Of a DNA stretch of 64,000 nucleotides, positions 57,583-64,000 are shown piece after piece. Position numbers and translations under genes: made by a program. The notes under the pieces were generated by a model. The model was not told the origin of the DNA. It made no database searches and saw only the letters and a list, made by a program, of their open reading frames with translations. Position 1 is the stretch's first letter. Every line of letters begins with the position of its first letter. Origin of the DNA: Kordiimonas gwangyangensis DSM 19435 = JCM 12864 (GTDB taxonomy: Bacteria; Pseudomonadota; Alphaproteobacteria; Sphingomonadales; Kordiimonadaceae); assembly GCF_000375545.1 (NCBI RefSeq), contig NZ_AQXF01000001.1, forward strand, positions 989,241 to 1,053,240, read 5' to 3'.

Positions 57583-58170
57583 ATGAAAACATTTCTCTGC
57601 ATTGATTTGGAAGCTACCTGCTTTGATAGGGAGACCCTTGGTCGTGATCTTACGGTCGAAGATATGGAAACGATCGAAATCGGCGTGATTGCCCTTGATG
57701 AGGCCGGGGAAGGTGTTGGTGAGTTTCATTCATATGTCAAACCGGCATATACCGAGGTTTCTCCTTACTGCACGGACGTAACCGGCATCACGGCGCATAC
57801 GCTGGCTGACGCACCGGGTTTTGCCGACATGATGGAAGCACTGCGACGGTGGTTGTCCGGTTTACCGGCGTCGCCAGATTGCTGGTATTCCTGGGGCAAC
57901 TATGACCTGAAGCAGCTCGAACTGGACGCGAGTATCAAAAGATCCAACCTTGTTCTTCCTCTGCCGCCACACCGGAATGCCAAGAAGCTGTTCCAGAAAC
58001 AGCATATCCGCAAAGGCAGGCAGGTCGGGCTTTTGAAGGCCTTGGAGCTGGTCAACCTGACCTTCGAGGGCCGACATCATTCGGCCCTTGATGACGCACG
58101 CAATGTCGCGAGGTTATTTGAATATTTTCACAATCCTGAAAAGCGTATTAGGTCTGTTACGTGCAGATAA
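57583..58170 (+). CDS. DEDDh 3-5 exonuclease (DnaQ/ERI-1/KapD-like), translationally coupled to the phosphatase
   Basis: Exo I FLCIDLEAT, Exo III HSALDDARNVARL; AGGA 8 nt before ATG 57583, 4 nt after the phosphatase stop. Confidence 0.75.
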   Translation: MKTFLCIDLEATCFDRETLGRDLTVEDMETIEIGVIALDEAGEGVGEFHSYVKPAYTEVSPYCTDVTGITAHTLADAPGFADMMEALRRWLSGLPASPDCWYSWGNYDLKQLELDASIKRSNLVLPLPPHRNAKKLFQKQHIRKGRQVGLLKALELVNLTFEGRHHSALDDARNVARLFEYFHNPEKRIRSVTCR

Positions 58171-58209
58171 TTAGGTCCGAACTGTGTCGTTGGTCGTGCT
58201 GAACCTTGA

Positions 58210-59178
58210 CTACCTGTTGCCCTTGACCTGACGCTCGATCCAAGCGTAGGTCTGCTTCAGGCCTTCGGAAAGCGGCAGGTTCGGTCTCCAGCCGAGTTTC
58301 TCTTCGATCAGGCGGTTATCTGAGTTGCGGCCGCGCACGCCAAGCGGCCCATCGATATGCCGCTTCCTGAGCGGCTTGCCGGCAATCTCTGACACCATGT
58401 CCACGAGCTGGTTGATGCTGACCATCTCGTCGGAGCCGATATTGACCGGGCCTTCGAAATCGGAACGGGTCAGGCGCAGGATGCCTTCGACACATTCGTC
58501 GATGAAGAGGAAGGAGCGGGTCTGCGTGCCGTCACCCCAGATTTCGATCTCGCCACCTTGCGCCGCGGACGCCACCTTGCGGCAGATAGCCGCCGGGGCC
58601 TTTTCCTTGCCGCCCGTCCATGTGCCTTCGGGGCCGAAGATATTGTGGAAACGTGCGACACGGCACTGCATGCCGAAGTTTCGGTTGTAGGCGAGGTAAA
58701 GACGCTCGCTGAAGAGCTTCTCCCAGCCGTATTCGCTATCGGGGGCCGCCGGGTAAGCAGAATCCTCGGCGCAGTTCGGGTTGTCGGGGTCTTCCTGGTT
58801 ATAGGCCGGGTACATGCAGGCGGACGAGCTGTAGAACACACGCTTGATGTTCCGCTTGTGACAGAGATCCACTACATTGAGGTTGATGGTCGCGCTGTTG
58901 TGCATGATGTCGGCATCGTGCTGGCCGGTGAAGATATAACCGGCGCCACCCATGTCGGCCGCAAGCTGGTATACTTCATCAAAGCGGCGGTCGATGACCT
59001 CGCGGCAGATCGACTGCTCGCGTAGGTCTCCGATGACAAAGTCATCCGCTTCGGTTTCGGCAAATTCAGGGAACTTCAGGTCGACACCGCGAACCCAGAA
59101 GCCTTCAGCCTTCAGCCGTTTTACAAGGTGGCTACCGATAAAACCGCCCGCTCCAAGGACAAGAGCCTGCTTTTGCAT
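58210..59178 (-). CDS. NAD-dependent sugar-nucleotide epimerase with strong resemblance to GDP-mannose 3,5-epimerase (GME)
   Basis: GAGGFIGSH Rossmann; blocks LAADMGGAGYI, SSSACMYP, ARFHNIFGPEGTWTGGKEKAPAAICRK, RSFLFIDECVEGILRLTRSDFEGPVNIGSDEMVS, GVRGRNSDN..EKLGW align closely with my memory of plant GME. Confidence 0.65.
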   Translation of the reverse strand: MQKQALVLGAGGFIGSHLVKRLKAEGFWVRGVDLKFPEFAETEADDFVIGDLREQSICREVIDRRFDEVYQLAADMGGAGYIFTGQHDADIMHNSATINLNVVDLCHKRNIKRVFYSSSACMYPAYNQEDPDNPNCAEDSAYPAAPDSEYGWEKLFSERLYLAYNRNFGMQCRVARFHNIFGPEGTWTGGKEKAPAAICRKVASAAQGGEIEIWGDGTQTRSFLFIDECVEGILRLTRSDFEGPVNIGSDEMVSINQLVDMVSEIAGKPLRKRHIDGPLGVRGRNSDNRLIEEKLGWRPNLPLSEGLKQTYAWIERQVKGNR

Positions 59179-59391
59179 TATTAAATCCCCATCAATAAAT
59201 ATAACCGACCCGGTGCCAACGCAGATTATCCGCCATCACCGGTCAGGACAACTGCCTCGTCGTATTTTTCCGCAGGGCTGCCCATCCTTTTGTCACTTAA
59301 TAGTACCCTAACGGGCGGAAGTCCAACCGCAAAAAATATCAATATCAATATTGATAAGAATGGCTTTACATATGGCTAGCTCGAGCAAAAA

Positions 59392-60897
59392 TTAATCGGC
59401 CTCGTCATATGAAACGGATACCAGGTAAGCGACCAGCTTTGGGAGACTGGAATTATCGGATTTGGCTGGGTGGGTTAGACGCAAAAGCCCGATACCATCC
59501 TGGTGATGCGCAGAAATCTTTTGCGGACGTGATCTAAAGTCGCTCTCTGAAAGCCATGGGTTGTGCAGCTTCCATCTGTCCCTGGACGCCTTGAAGTCCG
59601 GACCTTCGGGGATGTCGATTTCCATTCTCCATCTCCCAACGGGAATCTCGGGCAGGAAAAATTCGACGATTTCGGCGGCAAACATTGGATCATGAATTCG
59701 ATATGATCGTGCGTCTGGCGATGATGCCAACAGAATGGCTTTCATAAATCTTTCGATCTCTTTCGCTGACCAGCAGTCCAATTTTGCGTGCATGCCACGG
59801 CAAACCCGGTCGAGTTCCGTTTTCACTCGATTATCGTTCCGTGCCCGGAGACGAATGGAGGCTTCTTTGGCTTTTCCAAACAGCCGAGAATTTCCGCGGC
59901 GCGTTCTAAGGGATTGGAGCTCGATGGCATTTTGGTGCCACTTTTCGATCACTTCCCTGTCCACGTCGTATTGGAAAGCCAGATCTCGCGCTTTGGAGCC
60001 TTCTTGCAGCGCGCGTAAGATCTCATCAACCAGCATTAAGTCATGCTTGGCCTGTGTCGTGTGACTCTCTTCTGAACCAATTGAGAAAAGCTTCTGGTCG
60101 GCGGGCAACACAAATGGATGTGATGAAGCGATGGCGGGTACCTTGTGCCGAACCAAATATTGATGGCGCTCAGTAGAGTCGAGGTCTGCGATCTTCGAAC
60201 CTTGTACACCTGCGATTTGGGCCAGTTTGTCGGTACCAATTTCCAGCGGCTGCCTTTGAAGCTTGGAGAAAATGATTAGGTCAGAGAGATGCAAATAGCT
60301 CAGCATCGTCTCCCTGGGGCCAGCATGACCGGCAAAGGCCGCGAGTGTGTAATAAAGGCCCATGCGGTTGTCGAGGTGACCCACCAAGTATTTCCGAATT
60401 GCTTCCATTTTTTCCACCGATAAGCCAGCAATCATGTGTGCAATTTCGGCCTCGCCCTCAAGCGTTGCGTGCAGGCAGGACAAGCAGCTATGGCGCAGGC
60501 TATGAAAAACGACATCTGCATCACCCGTGACTTGCTCAATTGCCTGGGAGAACATTTTGGAAATTTGCCCTCCATGGTACGGCGCTCCTGTGCTGCCAAA
60601 GGAAAAGACAGGAAGGTTGCGGTTTGTCTTTCTGGCATATTGTGCCATCAGCGATTTAAACTCACCCATCTCCCTATCATCGAGGAAAACGCCTAGGTTT
60701 ATCTGCCGCCGGCCAGCGCGCGATTTATTGTTGCCGAATTGATTGTCCCGGATCGAAATGACACAGTCTTGTGAGCTCTCCACATCTTTCAATTGCAGCT
60801 TCACGAGTTCAGTGCGACGCATGCCGGTGCGATACGCGAGCATGACAAAAAGAGAGATTTTTCGCCTTTCTCGCGCACTGGGCTCACCGCTTGTCAT
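59392..60897 (-). CDS. Tyrosine site-specific recombinase with catalytic domain at the N-terminus (aa 1-210) and ~290-aa C-terminal extension of unknown function; lacks the usual N-terminal DNA-binding domains
   Basis: Box I LAYRTGMRRTEL, Lys NKSRAGRRQINL, box II HSLRHSCLSCL, AGHAG...TMLSYLH (Tyr nucleophile); in-frame TAA 13 codons upstream of the first ATG. Confidence 0.7.
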   Translation of the reverse strand: MTSGEPSARERRKISLFVMLAYRTGMRRTELVKLQLKDVESSQDCVISIRDNQFGNNKSRAGRRQINLGVFLDDREMGEFKSLMAQYARKTNRNLPVFSFGSTGAPYHGGQISKMFSQAIEQVTGDADVVFHSLRHSCLSCLHATLEGEAEIAHMIAGLSVEKMEAIRKYLVGHLDNRMGLYYTLAAFAGHAGPRETMLSYLHLSDLIIFSKLQRQPLEIGTDKLAQIAGVQGSKIADLDSTERHQYLVRHKVPAIASSHPFVLPADQKLFSIGSEESHTTQAKHDLMLVDEILRALQEGSKARDLAFQYDVDREVIEKWHQNAIELQSLRTRRGNSRLFGKAKEASIRLRARNDNRVKTELDRVCRGMHAKLDCWSAKEIERFMKAILLASSPDARSYRIHDPMFAAEIVEFFLPEIPVGRWRMEIDIPEGPDFKASRDRWKLHNPWLSESDFRSRPQKISAHHQDGIGLLRLTHPAKSDNSSLPKLVAYLVSVSYDEAD

Positions 60898-61374
60898 TAA
60901 ATCAATTGCTGCCTGAATGAACGCACTTTTTCCGTTTATGATACATTAATTGCTCCTTGCAATAATCCTATTATGTCAGGTGGATCAGCAAGTTGCTGAC
61001 CAGCAGTACGTTTCGTGAGGTACGCGGAGGTCTTTCTCGAGGATTGTTTTTGGCTTTTTGGGCTTTGTCCGCCATTATATGGTAGCTCTCGGTCATGCCC
61101 GTGAGCTTCTGCCGGTTCTTCGCTCCAGCTCGCAATCGGACATATTTCACTATGAAGCGATTTGCTACTTATCTCTAGTCAAGTGGCTTCCTTAATCGCC
61201 AAGGAACAACTTGCAACACCATGTCATGTTGGAATTATTTTTTATGGCGAACACCTGATGATATGCTTGGATACTGTGAGCCATCTTTGCGGAGCATGAT
61301 GACTAGACACCTAAGGGCTGTTCAGTTGGTGACTGGGCGGCAACTCACAAAGCACTCGGCTAACGGATAGACAA

Positions 61375-62730
61375 GTGATTGACCAGCCATATTCAAAACG
61401 TCCAGTCGGTGGATTACGCTACCGCTTTTTTATGTTATACTTTTTACTTTTAGCTGTGCCCTTTCCTCTTGCTAGCAACCGGCCGGTATTTCAGTGGTTC
61501 TGGGTCATATATATAGCGATACTATCTCTCTGGCATTTTTCACTTACGCGTCCATCAGAACGTAAGAATAGTGGCTTTGTCGCAACCTTTCTACTAATCT
61601 CAATAGCAATCGTTGTCTGGACATGGACTGATATGGTCCTGGGCACTACCGCCACCCCGCCGGTGTCGCTACCTAAACCAGAGGTCGGCACATCGCTGGA
61701 GTTTGTTACGGGCCATCGAGGAATATCTGTTTTATTCCTGCTATCCCACGCCATCTGGTTTGCAGTTATCTTCGATATTTCGCGTTCCATCCGCGATGCT
61801 AAGTACATTGTCCGCTTCATCGGTATTACTTGCGCGCTTTATGCCTCATATGGTCTTGTGGCCTATTTTGCTGGCAATAGCACAGTCCTCTGGTACGAGA
61901 AATGGGCGTATCACGAGAGCCTTACCAGCACTTTTGTGAATAGAAACAGTTTCGCTGCCTTTTGCGGCCTTGGACTGCAAGCCCTTCTCGCCTATGCTTT
62001 TTGTAGCCGAGAAACGAACGAAGCCGGCTTTAGATCGCACATGATTGCCTTTCTACAAGTAATGGCAGGTAGTGGAGCGATACTGATCCTTGCTATATTC
62101 GTTACTGCTACTGCTCTTATATTAAGCGGGTCAAGGGCGGGTATGCTAAGCAGTTTTATTGCAACCACAATATATTTTGTGGCATATCTTGTGCATTCGG
62201 GGACCCAAACTCGTTCAATGATACGATCCATCACTGGCTCGGCGTTGTTCCTGCTTGTTGTCGGCCTTATGCTCGAGATCAGTGGCGACAGTATCCTTGG
62301 TCGTTTTCAACAGCTTGATAATGCAGACCAGCGGTTTTTTGCCTACCCTCTAATTTTGGATGCTATCAAGCACCAACCTCTATCAGGATACGGTTTCGGA
62401 AGTTTCATCGATGTTTTCAGGGTTTTCCGCACGCCTGAAATGTATTCGTTTTTTGACCGTGCCCACAGTGACATTTTAGAACTGGTAATGACAGTAGGAC
62501 TCCCCGCTGCAATACTTATCTTCTGGCTAGTCTGCCACATTTTGTACCGCTTGTTTCGCGCTCTAAAGTCTTCCAACAAATCGCGTCCACTGATATTGCT
62601 GGGAATCACTACGAGTATACAAATTGGCCTCCATTCACTAGTTGATTTTTCGCTACAGATGCCAGCGGTTTCCTATACCTATCTCGCCATCTTGGCCACA
62701 AGTCTGAGTGTTTCGGATCGGACGAACTGA
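61375..62730 (+). CDS. O-antigen ligase / Wzy_C-domain polymerase-like polytopic membrane protein
   Basis: ~10 predicted TM segments, conserved LILSGSRAGMLSSF motif of the O-antigen ligase family, AT-rich codon usage unlike the rest of the window. Confidence 0.6.
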   Translation: MIDQPYSKRPVGGLRYRFFMLYFLLLAVPFPLASNRPVFQWFWVIYIAILSLWHFSLTRPSERKNSGFVATFLLISIAIVVWTWTDMVLGTTATPPVSLPKPEVGTSLEFVTGHRGISVLFLLSHAIWFAVIFDISRSIRDAKYIVRFIGITCALYASYGLVAYFAGNSTVLWYEKWAYHESLTSTFVNRNSFAAFCGLGLQALLAYAFCSRETNEAGFRSHMIAFLQVMAGSGAILILAIFVTATALILSGSRAGMLSSFIATTIYFVAYLVHSGTQTRSMIRSITGSALFLLVVGLMLEISGDSILGRFQQLDNADQRFFAYPLILDAIKHQPLSGYGFGSFIDVFRVFRTPEMYSFFDRAHSDILELVMTVGLPAAILIFWLVCHILYRLFRALKSSNKSRPLILLGITTSIQIGLHSLVDFSLQMPAVSYTYLAILATSLSVSDRTN

Positions 62731-62804
62731 ATAGCCCTAGTCTCTGAATAGCCCCTAGATTTCTAGACACCTTGCTTGGTAAAAATGAAGCAAGGAGTTG
62801 ATGT

Positions 62805-63086
62805 ATGTCGTCAGGTATTCGTTATACGGAAGAGTTCAAGCGAGATGCGGTCGCACAGGTGGTTGATCGGGGCTATTCGGTTCTGGAAGTTGCGACGGGG
62901 CTGGGGATTAGCACCAAGTCGCTCTATGACTGGAAGAAGTGCTATCACAAGCCAGAGCGACAGATCCGGCAGGAAGCTGCGGAGGCCGCCGAAATACGCC
63001 GACTGAAGGCGGAACTGGCCCGGGTTACCGAGGAACGGGACATCCTAAAAAAGGCCACGGCGTACTTCGCAAGAGAAGCCAAGTAA
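62805..63086 (+). CDS. IS3-family transposase OrfA (HTH)
   Basis: MSSGIRYTEEFKRDAVAQV...LGISTKSLYDWKK...leucine-zipper tail; typical IS3 OrfA. Confidence 0.8.
   Translation: MSSGIRYTEEFKRDAVAQVVDRGYSVLEVATGLGISTKSLYDWKKCYHKPERQIRQEAAEAAEIRRLKAELARVTEERDILKKATAYFAREAK
63047..63053 (+). promoter_or_regulatory. Programmed -1 ribosomal frameshift heptamer A AAA AAG linking orfA to orfB
   Basis: In orfA frame the codons are CTA AAA AAG; -1 frame continues as KKGHGVLRKRSQVKYAFIKAH, the conserved OrfB N-terminus. Confidence 0.6.
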
Positions 63087-63981
63087 AGTACGCCTTCATC
63101 AAAGCGCACCGGGGCCTTTTCCGGGTGCGCGTGATGTGCCGCGTGCTGCTGGTGCAGCATAGTGGCTTCTATGCCTGGCTGCGCTCGCCGATGAGCAACC
63201 GGGCCAAGGATGACAGACGTCTTACCGGCCTGATCAAGCAGGTATGGCTTGAGAGCGGCTGTGTCTATGGCTACCGCAACATCCATGATGATCTGCGGTC
63301 CATCGGCGAGACCTGCTGTCCGAAGCGGGTATGGCGATTGACCCAGCTGGCAGGCATCAAGGCACAGGTCGGTTACCGTCGTCGGCCCGGCAGCTATGGC
63401 GGATCGCCAGCAATCGTGGCCCCCAACCATTTGTAGCAACAGTTTGATGCAGCGCGGCCTGATCAGACCTGGGTGACGGCTTGCGAAGCAGACGTTTACG
63501 TCACATCACCTATATCAAGACCCATGAAGGCTTCCTGTATCTGGCTGTCGTGATTGATCTCTATTCTCGCCGCCTAGTCGGCTGGTCGATGCAGTCCCGC
63601 ATGCATATGGATCTGGTTCTGAGTGCACTTCTAATGGCCGTTTGGCGGCGTAAACCAAGATCGAAGGTGATCATCCATTCAGACCAGGGAAGCCAGTTTA
63701 CCAGTCATGAGTGGCAGAAGTTCCTGCAGACCCACAATCTGGAAGCCAGCATGAGCAGACGGGGGAGCTGTCACGATAATGCTGTCGCGGAAAGCTTTTT
63801 CCAGCTCCTCAAGCGGGAACGGATCAGGCGACGGACGTATCGGGACCGCACAGAAGCTCGGCAGGACGTCTTTGATTACATCGAGTTTTTCTATAACCCA
63901 AAACGCAAGCATGGTAACAACGGTCTGCTGTCGCCCGTCGAGTTCGAACGGCAGCAAAATTGGAAAGCCCAAGGTGTCTAA
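63047..63981 (+). pseudogene. IS3 transposase OrfB (DDE integrase core) disrupted by an in-frame TAG (63434-63436) and a ~23-nt insertion causing a second frameshift around 63445-63480
   Basis: Frame -1 segment ends ...AIVAPNHL*; conserved QQFDAARPDQTWVT continues, then GCTTGCGAAGCAGACGTTTACGTCAC interrupts the expected WVTD-ITYI junction; DDE core ITYIKTHEGFLYLAVVIDLYSRR... resumes in another frame. Confidence 0.55.
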
Positions 63982-64000
63982 GAAACTAGGGGCTATTCAG

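Larger units (their letters stand above)
62744..64000 (+). mobile_element. IS3-family insertion sequence (IRL CTGAATAGCCCCTAGATTTCTAGACA; IRR reaches the last base of the window, so the element may continue beyond it)
   Basis: Imperfect terminal inverted repeats at 62744-62769 and 63975-64000; orfA/orfB organisation with A6G slippery site. Confidence 0.75.

Noticed and set aside
62945-63439. 164-aa minus-strand ORF within the IS element
   Set aside because: Antisense to the conserved IS3 orfB N-terminal segment; no similarity to anything recognisable
1-64000. Thioesterase, cis-AT, rRNA or additional complete tRNA genes
   Set aside because: No GxSxG-containing TE-sized domain at either megasynthase terminus, no GHSxG inside modules, and no rRNA-like or complete cloverleaf sequences noticed on reading

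Overview
The window is high-GC (~60-65%) for its first ~54 kb and lower, mixed GC for the last ~10 kb. It splits into three parts.

(1) Positions 1-2200 hold ordinary flanking genes: the 3-prime end of an LhgO-like FAD oxidoreductase, a DUF1294 membrane protein, and a convergent LCCL-like lipoprotein.

(2) Positions ~2396-53634 hold a large trans-AT polyketide synthase / nonribosomal peptide synthetase hybrid gene cluster. Two translationally coupled minus-strand megasynthase genes (6342 aa and 5729 aa) contain nine ketosynthase (KS) modules, all with the active-site Cys and none with a cis acyltransferase (AT) domain, plus two NRPS modules. From the specificity codes I extracted, the two adenylation domains look Gly-like and Ser-like. 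There is an embedded enoyl-CoA hydratase (ECH) domain, two tandem-ACP modules, one C-methyltransferase, two Ser-less ACP-like inserts, and no thioesterase. The assembly line ends in an unusual C-carrier-A-C arrangement.

Upstream on the same strand is a complete beta-branching (HMG-CoA synthase, HCS) cassette: free ACP, Cys-to-Ser decarboxylating KS, HCS, and a PksH-like ECH. Next to it are an AT fused to a PfaD-like enoylreductase, an Sfp-type PPTase, an ABC exporter, and a SnoaL-like small protein. A divergent operon follows: small membrane protein, a second AT-like protein with GASLG in place of GHSxG, a SyrD-like ABC transporter, and an SPFH/band-7 protein with unusual topology. I could not match the cluster to a known compound.

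(3) Positions ~53.8-64 kb are a mosaic accessory island. It begins at a rho-independent terminator abutting a tRNA 3-prime-end fragment (no 5-prime half) and an AT-rich stretch. It carries canonical hipBA with a triple 20-bp operator array, a ~1-kb gene-poor region with GGTATC/GATACC palindromic repeats and a transposase-HTH remnant, and a PrpA/lambda-like Ser/Thr phosphatase coupled to a DEDDh 3-5 exonuclease. It also carries a strikingly plant-GME-like GDP-mannose 3,5-epimerase homolog, a tyrosine recombinase whose catalytic domain sits at the N-terminus with a ~290-aa unknown C-terminal extension, an O-antigen-ligase-like membrane protein, and an IS3-family IS with a canonical A6G frameshift site but a disrupted orfB. 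The IS runs to the window edge.

All coordinates for domains were obtained by counting residues in the provided translations and checking two motifs against the DNA. Family assignments come from motif recognition by eye, not database searches.
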